This document shows positions 10,041 to 19,768 of a stretch of DNA of 56,983 nt, one piece after another. The notes beneath the pieces were generated by a model. The model searched no databases and was not told where the DNA came from. It was given only the letters and a program-made list of their open reading frames with translations. The first letter of the stretch is position 1. Every line of letters begins with the position of its first letter. The translations under genes were made by a program, and so were the position numbers. Source of the DNA: Mycobacteriales bacterium (lineage in GTDB: Bacteria; Actinomycetota; Actinomycetes; Mycobacteriales; CADCTP01); contig JBJMII010000137.1 of the NCBI GenBank assembly GCA_045806925.1, positions 1 to 56,983 of the forward strand, written 5' to 3'.

Positions 10041-11112
10041 ATGACCGCAGTGGTGGAGGACAGTACGCATCCGGTGGAGGGTGCGCTGGCCGGGCTGCGG
10101 TCGCTGCTGGGGCAGGCTGTCCAGGCGCCGGTCTGGTCGTTGGATGACCGGCGGCTGGTGGAGCAGGTGGTGCAGGCCGGTGCGGTGGTGGCGCAGGCGC
10201 AGGCGCTGCTGCTGCGGCTGGTCGGGGAGGCCGACGCCCGGCAGGCGCTGCTCGCCGACGGCGCACCGAGCGGGCAGGCCTGGCTGCGGCACCGGCTGCG
10301 GATCTGTCCGGCCGAGGCGACGTCGTACCTGCGGACCGGGCGGGCGCTGCGGGCCGGCCTGCAGCAGACCGGGCAGGCCTGCGCGGCCGGCCGGCTGGGT
10401 CTGGGTCACGCCACGGTGATCGCTCGGACGGTGGCCGAGCTGCCGGCCGACCGGGCGCTGCGCCGGGCCGCCGAGCGTGACCTGATCGAGCATGCCGGCT
10501 CCTTCGACCCGCTAGTGCTGGCCCGGCCAGGCCGGCGGCTGCTCGCCGTGGCCGACCCGGACGCCGCCGACACCCGCGACGGGGACACGCTGGCCCGGGC
10601 GGAGGACCGGGCGGCCCAGCGGATGCAGCTGTGCCTCACCCCGGACGGGCAGGGCGGAGCCTGGCTGCGCGGCCGGCTGGACCCCGAAGGCGCCGCGGCC
10701 GTCCGCGCGGCGCTGGATCCGCTGTCCGCGCCGCGGCCGACCGCCGCGGACCGGCCCGACCCGCGGACCCCCGGCCGGCGCCGCGCCGACGCCCTGACCG
10801 AACTGTGCCGGCGCGCGCTGGCCGCCGGCACCCTGCCGCAGACCGGCGGAAACCCGCCGCAGGTCGTGGTCACCGTCCCACCACATCCACCCCTGGGCCA
10901 CCGGCGGCACCACCTCCCTCGCCAACGGCGTCCTGCTCTGCGGCCACCACCACCGCCTCGTCGAACACGGCGACTGGCAGATCAGCCTCACCGCCGAGGG
11001 CACCCCCGAATTCCGGCCCCCACCCTGGACCGACCCCGACCAGCGACCGCAACGCAACCACCAGCACACACCCGCCGCCGGACCCGACCCGCCCATACCG
11101 AGGACCGGCTGA
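10041..11112 (+). pseudogene. DUF222 (13E12 repeat)/HNH endonuclease gene with internal deletion and frameshift
   Basis: DUF222-like N-part (GRLDPEG, DPRTPGRRRADAL, PPQVVVTV) in the frame of 10041; HNH tail HHIHPWATGGTTSLANGVLLCGHHHRLVEHGDW in the +1 frame from 10879 to TGA 11110-11112; the usual intervening RD-xxC-xxPGC segment is absent. Confidence 0.85.
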
Positions 11113-11439
11113 CCGCGAAGGCTCGGGCGCGGGCGCATTTCCCGCCCGAGCTGATGAAGCGGTTCGGCCCCAGGCGGTTCGTCGCGCTCGACCACCAGCG
11201 GTTCCTCGACCGTCGGTGCGGGCGAGCGCGACGCCGGGCACCCTGGCGCCAGGCGCGACGCCAGCAGGCGGTACCGGAGCGCCGCGCGATCCTGCCGCCC
11301 GGCTCACGCGAGGACGCCGCGGGGTGTGCTCGGAGGGTTCGTCGAGGGCGGCGGGGGTAGGCCCGACCGTTCCCGGGGTGTAGGACCGGAGGGGACCGAG
11401 CCCCGACCACGGTCCGGACGCCTGCCCCAGGAGGGTGGC

Positions 11440-12141
11440 ATGAACGCAACCCGGCACAGCATGACGATCCCGGTGGTGGGCGTCGTGCTGGAGGGGGAGC
11501 TCGTCGTGCCGGGCACCGCGCGGGGCGTGGTCCTGTTCGCCCATGGCAGTGGCAGCAGCCGGCACAGCCCTCGCAACCGCCAGGTGGCGGCGGAACTGCA
11601 GCGCGCCGGCCTGGCCACGCTCCTGGTAGACCTGCTCACGCCGGCCGAGGAGCAGGTCGACATGCGGACCCGCGAGCTGCGCTTCGACATCGACCGGCTC
11701 GCCGTACGGGTGGCGGCGCTGACGGACTGGCTCGGCGAGCAGGAGCCGACCGCGACGCTCGCGGTCGGGTTGTTCGGTGCCAGCACCGGCGCGGCAGCGG
11801 CTCTGGTCGCGGCCGCTGGGCGGCCCGCGTCGGTCGCGGCGGTCGTCTCCCGCGGCGGGCGACCCGACCTCGCCGGCGGGTTCCTCCGGCTGGTGCGCCA
11901 GCCGACCCTGCTCATCGTGGGGGAGCGCGACCCGACGGTGCTCGACCTCAACCGGCAGGCGATGCGGATGCTCGCCGGCGACACCCGGCTCGAGATCGTC
12001 CCGGGCGCGTCGCACCTGTTCGAGGAGCCCGGCGCGCTGGAGCAGGTGGCGCGGCTGGCGCGGGACTGGTTCGCGCGTCACCTGCCACCGGAGCGGGGTT
12101 CGGAGGCCAGCCAGCGCGACGCACTCGAAGAAGGACGGTGA
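11440..12141 (+). CDS. Dienelactone hydrolase-like alpha/beta hydrolase
   Basis: FAHGSGSSRHSPRN, GASTG nucleophile elbow, SRGGRPDLA, HLFEEPG; AGGAGG RBS. Confidence 0.88.
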   Translation: MNATRHSMTIPVVGVVLEGELVVPGTARGVVLFAHGSGSSRHSPRNRQVAAELQRAGLATLLVDLLTPAEEQVDMRTRELRFDIDRLAVRVAALTDWLGEQEPTATLAVGLFGASTGAAAALVAAAGRPASVAAVVSRGGRPDLAGGFLRLVRQPTLLIVGERDPTVLDLNRQAMRMLAGDTRLEIVPGASHLFEEPGALEQVARLARDWFARHLPPERGSEASQRDALEEGR

Positions 12142-12255
12142 CCCGCCTCCTCTGAGCGGCGCCGGCGCGGCGGGGTTCGGCGGAGGCGTCCTGCTGTGCT
12201 GGGGTAGCGGTGGTGGCGGTCGTCGATCCGCGGACCCGCCGCGGGAGGAGCGCGC

Positions 12256-13374
12256 ATGGCACGGTCCCTGTCGGTGGGGCAGGTCCGCTGGCTGCGGATG
12301 CGCGCGCAACGGCTGAGCCGGCCCCGGGCAGCGGACGGCACCGCGCCGCGTGTCGTCCGGGATCTCGGTGCCGTCCAGGCGCAGGATCCGGCGGCGGCGC
12401 CGCTGGCGGTACGAGCGCGGAGCACCGGCCTGCTCGCCGCCGGCGTGCGGCGCGCCCGCGAGGAGGAGCGCAGCATCGTGCGCACCTGGGCCATGCGCTA
12501 CACGCTGCACCTGCTGGCGGCCGAGGACGTCGGGTGGCTGCTGGCGTTGCTCGGCCCGCACCTCGTGCGAGCGAGCGCGCGCCGTCGGGAGCAGCTCGGA
12601 CTTGACGAGGAGACCTGCGCCCGGGCCATCCGGGCGCTCCGCGAGGTGCTGGCGCACCGGGGACCTCTGACCCGGGCCGAGATCGCCGAGGAGCTCGCCG
12701 CCCGGGGCATCCGCCTCGACGGCCAGGCCCGACCGCACCTGCTCGGCCGGGCCGCGCTCGACGGGCTGATCTGCCTGGGACCGGATCGCGACAGGCAGCC
12801 GACGTACGTCCTGCTGGAGGACTGGGTGAAGCCGGCGCCTCCGCTGCCCCGCGAGGAGGCCCTGGCCGAGCTCGCTCGACGCTACCTCGCCGCGCACGGG
12901 CCGGCCGGCCTGTCGGATTTCGCCTCCTGGACAGGGCTTCCCGCGGCCGACGCCCGGACCGGTCTGGAGGCCGTCGCCGGGGAACTGACGGAGGTGGCGG
13001 TCGCCGGCCGTCCGGCCTGGCTACCCAGCGCGCGGGCCGGCTGGCTCGACGAGCCGGTCCCGACCGATCCCGTGGTGCGGCTGCTCCCGGCGTTCGACCC
13101 CTACCTCCTCGGCTGGCGGGACCGAAGCCTGATCGTCTCCGACGAGCACGTCCGGGACGTCCATCCGGGCGGCGGTGTGATCCGGCCGGCGCTGCTGGTG
13201 ACCGGCCGCGTGGCGGGCACCTGGCGCACCCGGAAGCGGTCCGGCGGCCTGCTGGTCGAGGTCCGCCCGTTCGGTCCGCTCCCAGCCGAGGTCCAGGCTG
13301 CGCTGGCCGCCGAAGCCGTGGACGTCGGCCGCTTCCTCGGCGTCCAGACGACGCTGCGCACCGCCGAACCCTGA
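12256..13374 (+). CDS. HTH_42 winged-helix protein, AlkZ-like DNA glycosylase family
   Basis: AVQAQD (QxQ motif), RTWAMRxTLH, RRYLAAHGPA, LLPAFDPYLLG; GGAGGAG RBS. Confidence 0.85.
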   Translation: MARSLSVGQVRWLRMRAQRLSRPRAADGTAPRVVRDLGAVQAQDPAAAPLAVRARSTGLLAAGVRRAREEERSIVRTWAMRYTLHLLAAEDVGWLLALLGPHLVRASARRREQLGLDEETCARAIRALREVLAHRGPLTRAEIAEELAARGIRLDGQARPHLLGRAALDGLICLGPDRDRQPTYVLLEDWVKPAPPLPREEALAELARRYLAAHGPAGLSDFASWTGLPAADARTGLEAVAGELTEVAVAGRPAWLPSARAGWLDEPVPTDPVVRLLPAFDPYLLGWRDRSLIVSDEHVRDVHPGGGVIRPALLVTGRVAGTWRTRKRSGGLLVEVRPFGPLPAEVQAALAAEAVDVGRFLGVQTTLRTAEP

Positions 13375-13436
13375 CCGCTCACGACGGCGCCGGAGGTGTT
13401 GACCAGTCCCGGCGACCTCGGCGCCTGCGCCGGCGG

Positions 13437-14486
13437 TCAGGGTTGGGGGTAGGCGAGCGCTTCGCCGGCGACGGTGAGGCGTACGGTCGCGCCGGGCTGG
13501 GGGAGCGCGTGCCCGGCGACCCGGGCCAGCACCTCCGGACCGCCGACCAGCTCGAGCCGGACCGCGGCGTCGTGGCCGAAGTAGCTGACGTCGCGCACCT
13601 TGGCCTCCACCCCGGGCCCGCCGCCGGTCCCGCCCCCGGCCGGACCGGCGTCGAGCAGGATCTGCTCGGGCCGCAGCAGGATCCGGGCCGGGCCGTCCCC
13701 GGTCGCGCGCACCGGCAGCGAGCCGAGCGCGCAGGCCGCCCGCCCGTCGCGCACCTGCGCGGGCAGCAGCACCGCCTCGCCGACGAACCGGGCCACGCCG
13801 GCGTCGGAGGGCGACCGGTAGACCGTCTCCGGCGAGTCGAGCTGCACCAGCCGGCCGGCCCGCATCACCGCGACCTGGTCGGCCAGCGACAGCGCCTCGG
13901 CCTGGTCATGGGTGACCAGCACCGCGGTCGCGCCGGCCGCGGCCAGCGCCGCGCCGACGGCTCGCCGGGTGGACTCCCGCAACGCCGCGTCCAGGGACGA
14001 GAACGGCTCGTCCAGCAGCACGATCGCCGGCCGCGGGGCCAGCGCCCGGGCCAGCGCGACCCGCTGCTGCTGGCCGCCGGACAGCTGGTGCGGCTGCCGG
14101 TCGGCCAGCGCCGGCTCCAGCCCGACCAGCTCCAGCACCTCGGCCACCCGGGCCGCCGCACGGTCCTTCCGGGACAGTCCGAAGGCGACGTTGGCGGCGA
14201 CCGACAGGTGCGGGAAGAGCGCACCCTCCTGCGGCACGTAGCCGACCCGGCGGCGTTGCGGCGGCCGGGACCGGCCGCCCCCGTACACCGTCTCGTCGCC
14301 GAACGCGATCGTGCCGGAGTCCGGGTCGTCGAAGCCGGCGACCAGCCGGAGCAGCGTGGTCTTGCCGCAGCCGGACGGGCCGAGCACCGCGGTGACGGTC
14401 CGCTCCGGCACGTGCAGGTCCACTCCGGACAGCACCTGGACCGGACCGAAGGAGCGGGTCACCCCGCGGACGGTGAGCGAGGTCAT
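13437..14486 (-). CDS. Fe(III) ABC transporter ATP-binding subunit (FbpC-like)
   Basis: [23 protein letters not shown]-terminal TOBE-like region; operon context. Confidence 0.88.
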   Translation of the reverse strand: MTSLTVRGVTRSFGPVQVLSGVDLHVPERTVTAVLGPSGCGKTTLLRLVAGFDDPDSGTIAFGDETVYGGGRSRPPQRRRVGYVPQEGALFPHLSVAANVAFGLSRKDRAAARVAEVLELVGLEPALADRQPHQLSGGQQQRVALARALAPRPAIVLLDEPFSSLDAALRESTRRAVGAALAAAGATAVLVTHDQAEALSLADQVAVMRAGRLVQLDSPETVYRSPSDAGVARFVGEAVLLPAQVRDGRAACALGSLPVRATGDGPARILLRPEQILLDAGPAGGGTGGGPGVEAKVRDVSYFGHDAAVRLELVGGPEVLARVAGHALPQPGATVRLTVAGEALAYPQP

Positions 14487-16060
14487 CGGGCCCGGGCCTC
14501 CCGGGTGAGCAGGAACGTCGCCGGCGCCGAGAGCAGCACCATCAGCGCCGCGTACGGCGCCGCGGCACCGTAGGCCAGGCTGTTGCTCTGCTGCCAGAAC
14601 CGGGTCGCCAGCGTGACGGTGCCGGTCGGGGCCAGCAGCAGGGTGGCGGTCAGCTCGGTCACCACGGCGAGGAAGACCAGCGCGGCGCCGGCGCCGAGGC
14701 CGGGCGCGATCAGCGGCAGCGTCACCCGGCGCAGCGTGGCCAGCGGGCCGGCGCCGAGGCTGTGCGCCACCGAGTCGAGCACCGGCGGCGCCTGCGCCAG
14801 GGCGGCCCGGACGGTCACCACCGCCCGCGGCAGGAAGAGGATCACGTAGCCGGCCACCAGCAGCGGCACGGTCTGGTAGACCGGCCGGGCGTACCGGATG
14901 GCCAGCGTCACCAGTGCCAGCGCCACCACGATGCCGGGCACCGAGCTGCCCAGGTACGTGCTGCGCTCAAGCAGGGTGGCCAGCCGGCCGCGGTGCCGGA
15001 CCGCCAGCCAGGCGCCCGGCACCGCGAGCAGCGTGGTCACCGCCGCGGCGGCCGCGCCCAGGCTGAGCGAGGTGGCGGCCGCGCCGGCCAGGTCGGCGGC
15101 GTCGAAGGCGGTCGAGCTGCCGGCGAGCAGCCAGCGGACCAGGCTGGCCAGCGGCACCGCCAGCGCCAGCCCGACCAGCGCGGCGAGCCCGGCCAGGGTG
15201 CCGGCGCGCGCAGCCGGGCCCAGCCGGGCCGGGGTGGCCGGGCGGGCCGCGCCGGCGCCGACCCGGGCGTACCGGGCCCGGCCGCGCAGCCGGACCTCGG
15301 CGAGCAGCAGCAGCAGGCAGCACAGCACCAGCACGCCGGCCAGCATGTTCGCCGCCGTGCTGGTGAACGACGACTGGTACTGGTCGTAGATCGCGGTGGT
15401 GAAGGTCGGGTAGCGCAGCAGCTGCAGAGCGCCGAACTCGGCCAGCAGGTGCAGCTCGACCAGCAGCGCGCCGCCGAGCAGGGCCGGGCGCAGCTGCGGC
15501 AGCAGCACCCGGCGGAACGTCGGCCAGCGGCCGAGCCCGAGTGAGTACGCCGACTCCTCCAGGCCCGGGTCCAGCCCGCGCAGCGCCGCGGCAGCCGGCA
15601 GGAAGACCAGCGGGAAGTACGACAGCGTCACGATCAGCAGCGCCCCGGCGTACCCGTTGACCCGGCTGGTCAGCGACACCCAGCCGAAGCTGTTCACGAA
15701 TGCCGGCACGGCCAGCGGCGCCACCAGCAGCACTGTCCACAGGCGACGGCCGGGCAGCGTGGTCCGCTCCACCAGCCAGGCGGCCGCGGTGCCGAGCAGC
15801 AGGCACAGCGCGACGCTGCCGACGACCAGCCGGCCGGTGTTCCACAGCAGGTAGCCGGTGCGGTCGCGGAAGACCAGCCGGGCGGACTCGGCCCAGCCGG
15901 TCCGGATCGTGTAGCCGACGACGAACCACAGCGGCACCAGCGCCAGCAGCGCGACCGCGACCGCGGCCACCACCAGCAGCGGTGACACCGGCGCCCGCCG
16001 TCCGCGGGGGGCCGGCGGGCTCGTCAGCGGCCCGGTGTCGGTCGGGGTCTGCAGCGCCAT
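14483..16060 (-). CDS. Fe(III) ABC transporter permease (FbpB-like)
   Basis: Two permease repeats with EAA-like loops (LEESAYSLG; LDSVAHSLG). Confidence 0.88.
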   Translation of the reverse strand: MALQTPTDTGPLTSPPAPRGRRAPVSPLLVVAAVAVALLALVPLWFVVGYTIRTGWAESARLVFRDRTGYLLWNTGRLVVGSVALCLLLGTAAAWLVERTTLPGRRLWTVLLVAPLAVPAFVNSFGWVSLTSRVNGYAGALLIVTLSYFPLVFLPAAAALRGLDPGLEESAYSLGLGRWPTFRRVLLPQLRPALLGGALLVELHLLAEFGALQLLRYPTFTTAIYDQYQSSFTSTAANMLAGVLVLCCLLLLLAEVRLRGRARYARVGAGAARPATPARLGPAARAGTLAGLAALVGLALAVPLASLVRWLLAGSSTAFDAADLAGAAATSLSLGAAAAAVTTLLAVPGAWLAVRHRGRLATLLERSTYLGSSVPGIVVALALVTLAIRYARPVYQTVPLLVAGYVILFLPRAVVTVRAALAQAPPVLDSVAHSLGAGPLATLRRVTLPLIAPGLGAGAALVFLAVVTELTATLLLAPTGTVTLATRFWQQSNSLAYGAAAPYAALMVLLSAPATFLLTREARAR

Positions 16061-16071
16061 CGCGGCCGGAT

Positions 16072-17088
16072 CTAGAGCAGCCCGGCCTGCTGCATCAGCG
16101 CGACCACCTTCGCGCCGTCCAGCCTGCCGATGTCGACCGGCGGCGGGTCCAGCTCGGACAGCGGCTTGAGCCGGGAGTTGGCGGCGATCCCGGTGCCGAC
16201 CGGGTATTCCAGCGCGTTGCTGCGCACCAGCGCCTCCTGCCCGTCCCGGCCGGTCAGGTACCGGACCAGCTTCTGCGCGTCCGCGGCGTGGTCGCCGGCG
16301 GCGAGCACGCCGGCACCGGAGACGCTGACGAAGCCGCCCGGGTCCTGGTTGCCGAAGAACTTCAGCTCCACGTTGCGGCTGTTCGCGCCGGACTCGGCGC
16401 GGTCCTTGTACCAGTAGTAGTGGTACATGATCCCGGTCCGCACCTCGCCGGAGTTGACCGCGGCCATCACCGCGACGTTGCTGCGGTAGACCTTCGCGTT
16501 CGCCTTCAGGCCCTTCAGCCAGGCCGTGGTGGCGGCCTCACCCCTGGTCGCGAGCACCGCGCTGACGATCGCCTGGAAGTCGGCGCCGGCGGCGGCGATG
16601 CCGACGTCGCCCTTCCACCGCGGGTCGGCCAGGTCCATGATCGACTTCGGCAGGTCGCGCGCCGGCTGCAGCCCGGGGTGGTACGCCAGCACGGTCGACC
16701 TGGCGGCGAAGCCGAGCCAGTCCCGGCCGGAGGAGACGAACCGCGGGGGCACCTGGGCGACGGTCGCGGCATCCAGCGGGGCGAGCAGGCCCTTGCTCGC
16801 CACCAGCGTCATGGCCGGCGAGTTCTCGGTCAGGAACACGTCCGCCGGCGACGCGCTGCCCTCCTGCACCAGCTGGTTGCCCAGCTCGAAGTCGCTGCCG
16901 GACCGGATGACCACGTCGATCCCGGTCTCCTCGGCGAAGCCGTGCACCATCGCGCTGACCAGCTCCTCGTGCTGGGCGCTGTAGAGGGTCAGCTCGGCGC
17001 CGGACCCGGAACCGAAGCTGCAGGCGGCGGACATCGCCACCACCGCCGCCCCGACGACCGCTCCGGCCGTCCGCCCGCGCCACCGCAT
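16072..17088 (-). CDS. Fe(III) ABC transporter substrate-binding lipoprotein (FbpA/FutA-like)
   Basis: Lipobox SAAC, YSAQH, SPADVFLTENS, YHYYW iron-ligand tyrosines; start ATG 17088. Confidence 0.88.
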   Translation of the reverse strand: MRWRGRTAGAVVGAAVVAMSAACSFGSGSGAELTLYSAQHEELVSAMVHGFAEETGIDVVIRSGSDFELGNQLVQEGSASPADVFLTENSPAMTLVASKGLLAPLDAATVAQVPPRFVSSGRDWLGFAARSTVLAYHPGLQPARDLPKSIMDLADPRWKGDVGIAAAGADFQAIVSAVLATRGEAATTAWLKGLKANAKVYRSNVAVMAAVNSGEVRTGIMYHYYWYKDRAESGANSRNVELKFFGNQDPGGFVSVSGAGVLAAGDHAADAQKLVRYLTGRDGQEALVRSNALEYPVGTGIAANSRLKPLSELDPPPVDIGRLDGAKVVALMQQAGLL

Positions 17089-17104
17089 GCTGCATCCCCT
17101 CGCC

Positions 17105-17134
17105 GACTGAGGTAAGGGAAACCTTACCTCAGTC
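17105..17134. promoter_or_regulatory. IdeR/DtxR iron box (two overlapping copies) forming a perfect 13-bp inverted repeat
   Basis: GACTGAGGTAAGG-GAAA-CCTTACCTCAGTC; 17108-17126 and minus-strand 17131-17113 each match TWAGGTWAGSCTWACCTWA at 16/19; directly upstream of the iron ABC operon. Confidence 0.85.
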
Positions 17135-18358
17135 TCCCGGTGCGGGCGGCGGGTCGGCGGCGACTTCGGTGCGGGGGTCGGCCGGGTGCCAGAGCGCCCG
17201 TCCGGTCTCCGGCGAGAAGACGTGCGCCCGGGCCGCGTCCACCGCCACCCGGACCGCGTCGCCGACCCGGACCTCCGCCCGCGGCGGGAACAGCGAGCGC
17301 AGCGTGGCGCCGGAGGAGGCACCCACGGACAGCTCCGCCCCCGGGGCGGTCACCGGTGCCGCGCCGACCGCGAGCGTCAGGACGTTGTGCCGGCCGGTGT
17401 AGTCCACCAGCGTCACCACGCCCTCCAGCGCGACCGCCTCCGGGTCGGTGCCGCCGGACGCGTCGTGCACGTCCTCGGCGCGCAGGCCCACCACCACCTC
17501 CCGACCGACGTACGGCCGGAGCGGCTCGGGTACCGGCCGCCACAGCGGCAGCGTCCGGTTGCCCACCTCGAAGCCGGCCAGCCCGCCGGAGGAGACCAGC
17601 CGGGCCGGCAGCAGCCCGATCGGCGGGCTGCCGACGAAACCGCAGACGACCAGGTCGGCCGGCCGCTCGTACAGCTCCATCGGCGGCCCGACCTGCACCA
17701 CCTCGCCCTCGTGCAGCAGCGCCAGCCGGTCGGCCACGGCCAGCGCCTCGGCCTGGTCGTGCGTGACGTACAGGGTGGTGACGCCGAGGGAGCGGATCAC
17801 CTCGACGACCTGGCGCCGGACCCGGAGCCGCTGCGCCGGGTCCAGGTGGGCGAGCGGCTCGTCCAGCAGGAAGGCGTCCGGCACCCGGACCAGTGCCTTG
17901 CCGATGCCGACCAGCCCGCGCTCGCCCTCGGACAGCTGGTCGGGCCGGCGCGGCAGCAGCCGGCTCAGCCGCAGCTGCCTGGCCCGGCCGGTCACCCGCT
18001 CCCGCACCTCGGCCCTCGGCATCCGGGCGGTGCGGAGGCTCCAGCCGAGGTTGCTCGAGACATCCAGGAACGGCACCAGCGCGGAGGACTCGAAGACCAT
18101 CGAGACGCGCCGCTCGCCGGGCGGCGCGTCGGTCACCCGGCGGCCGCGGATCAGCACCTCGCCGCGGTCCGCGCGGGCCAGCCCGGCCATCACCCGCAGC
18201 AGCGTGGACTTGCCGCTGCCGGACGAGCCGAGCACCACCAGCAGCTCGCCGTCCGCGGCCAGCAGCGTGACGTCCTTCAGCACCGGCACGCCGTGCCGGG
18301 ACAGGGTCACGCCTTCGACGCCGGTGCCGCCGGCCCGCCCGGTCACGCCGGCTCCCAA
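17129..18358 (-). CDS. MalK/MsmX-like ABC ATPase with degenerate signature motif
   Basis: GSSGSGKS Walker A, LLDEPL, YVTHDQ, GFVGSPP, OB-like tail; signature LSEGE; start uncertain (TTG 18358 or GTG 18346). Confidence 0.8.
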   Translation of the reverse strand: MGAGVTGRAGGTGVEGVTLSRHGVPVLKDVTLLAADGELLVVLGSSGSGKSTLLRVMAGLARADRGEVLIRGRRVTDAPPGERRVSMVFESSALVPFLDVSSNLGWSLRTARMPRAEVRERVTGRARQLRLSRLLPRRPDQLSEGERGLVGIGKALVRVPDAFLLDEPLAHLDPAQRLRVRRQVVEVIRSLGVTTLYVTHDQAEALAVADRLALLHEGEVVQVGPPMELYERPADLVVCGFVGSPPIGLLPARLVSSGGLAGFEVGNRTLPLWRPVPEPLRPYVGREVVVGLRAEDVHDASGGTDPEAVALEGVVTLVDYTGRHNVLTLAVGAAPVTAPGAELSVGASSGATLRSLFPPRAEVRVGDAVRVAVDAARAHVFSPETGRALWHPADPRTEVAADPPPAPGD

Positions 18359-18453
18359 CGGACCGGCACCCGGCAGCCGTCCCGGCCGCGCGTGGCGGGC
18401 CCGGACCGGGTCCGTTCCGGCTCCCGCGGCGCTTCGTATGGCAGGTCCGCCAC

Positions 18454-18607
18454 CTCCGCTCGGCCGCCTCCGCTCCGCCAGCTCAGCTCCACCACCTCAG
18501 CTCCACCAGCTCAGCTCCGTCACCTCAGCTCCGTCACCTCGGCCGGACAGAGCTCGTCGCCCCTGGTAGGTCGCCCCCTGGTAGGTCGCCCCGTAGGTCG
18601 CCCCTGG
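18454..18607. repeat. Two adjacent intergenic tandem arrays: 14-bp CTCAGCTCCRYCAS-like x6 and 12-15-bp GTCGCCCCTGGTAG x4
   Basis: Units at 18454, 18468, 18482, 18496, 18510, 18524; and 18556, 18570, 18585, 18597. Confidence 0.8.
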
Positions 18608-18670
18608 CAAAGGTACGCACTCCCGGACAGCACGAGGCGGTTGCTGGGGCCCGGGTGCGACACTCGCGGC

Positions 18671-19729
18671 GTGCACTCCGTCCGCCCGCGCCGGCCGACC
18701 CTGCGCGACGTGGCGCAGCGGGCCCAGGTCTCCCCGACGACCGCGTCGTTCGTGCTCGCCGGCCGTGACGACATGCGCATCTCGGACGACGCGCGGCATC
18801 GCGTGCTGCGTGCCGCGGCGGAGCTGAGCTACCGGCCGAACCTGACCGCCCGCAGCCTGCGCACCAAGGTGACCCGCACCATCGCCCTGGTGTCCGACAC
18901 CATCGCCACCGAGCAGTACGCCGGCGGCCTCATCGACGGCAGCCTGTCCGCCGCGCTCGCGCACGACCACCTGCTGTTCGTCAGCGAGTCCGAGGGCGAC
19001 CCGGAGGTGGAGGCCCGGCTGGTCGAGGACCTGCTCGGCCGCCAGGTGGACGGGTTCGTCTACGCCTCGATGTTCACCCGGCAGGTGAAGATCCCGCGCG
19101 CGCTGGTGGACCACCCGCTGGTCCTGCTCAACTGCACCACCCGGGACGCCCGCATCCCCACGGTGCTGCCGGACGAGGTCGGCGCCGGCCGGGTCGCCGC
19201 CCGCGCGCTGCTCGACCGGGGCCACCGCGAGGGGATCTACGTCGTCGGCGAGCCCGACGTCGACGTCTTCGCCGCCCGGGAGCGGATGGCCGGCATCCTG
19301 GCGGCGCTGGCCGACGCGGGCGCCGAGCTGGCCGGCGTCCTCGACTGCGCCTGGTGGCCGGAGGCGGCGTACGACGCGGTCAGCCGGTTCCTGCGGCTCG
19401 GCCGGCTGCCGTCCGCGCTGGTGTGCATGAACGACCGGGTCGCGTTCGGGACCTACCAGGCCCTGCAGGAGGCCGGCGTCGGCATCCCGGGCGACGTGTC
19501 GGTGGTGTCCTTCGACGACTCGGACCTGGCCAGCTGGCTGCGGCCGCAGCTGACCAGCGTGGCGCTGCCGCACCACGACCTCGGCTGGCGCGCGGTGGAA
19601 CTGCTGCTGGCTGCTGACCCGGCGCACCCGGCCACCGAGATCGAGCGGCTGCCCATGCCGCTGCGGGAGCGGCTGTCGGTCGGCCCGCCGCGCACCCCGG
19701 CCTGCGCCCCGGCCGAGCACTCCGCCTGA
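18671..19729 (+). CDS. LacI family transcriptional regulator
   Basis: TLRDVAQRAQVSPTTASFVL HTH, YRPNLTARSL, SVVSFDD, PQLTSV; start GTG 18671. Confidence 0.92.
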   Translation: MHSVRPRRPTLRDVAQRAQVSPTTASFVLAGRDDMRISDDARHRVLRAAAELSYRPNLTARSLRTKVTRTIALVSDTIATEQYAGGLIDGSLSAALAHDHLLFVSESEGDPEVEARLVEDLLGRQVDGFVYASMFTRQVKIPRALVDHPLVLLNCTTRDARIPTVLPDEVGAGRVAARALLDRGHREGIYVVGEPDVDVFAARERMAGILAALADAGAELAGVLDCAWWPEAAYDAVSRFLRLGRLPSALVCMNDRVAFGTYQALQEAGVGIPGDVSVVSFDDSDLASWLRPQLTSVALPHHDLGWRAVELLLAADPAHPATEIERLPMPLRERLSVGPPRTPACAPAEHSA

Positions 19730-19768
19730 CCCGGCCCGACCGCCCGGCCGCTCATCGGGCCCCGCCGG

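Noticed and set aside
10860-10890. Programmed frameshift restoring DUF222-HNH
   Set aside because: A large conserved segment is missing at the junction, so a shift would not restore a complete HNH/Zn domain; no canonical slippery site seen
18454-18607. CRISPR array or iteron interpretation of this and the 51813 and 55684 repeats
   Set aside because: Head-to-tail units without unique spacers; no cas or rep genes
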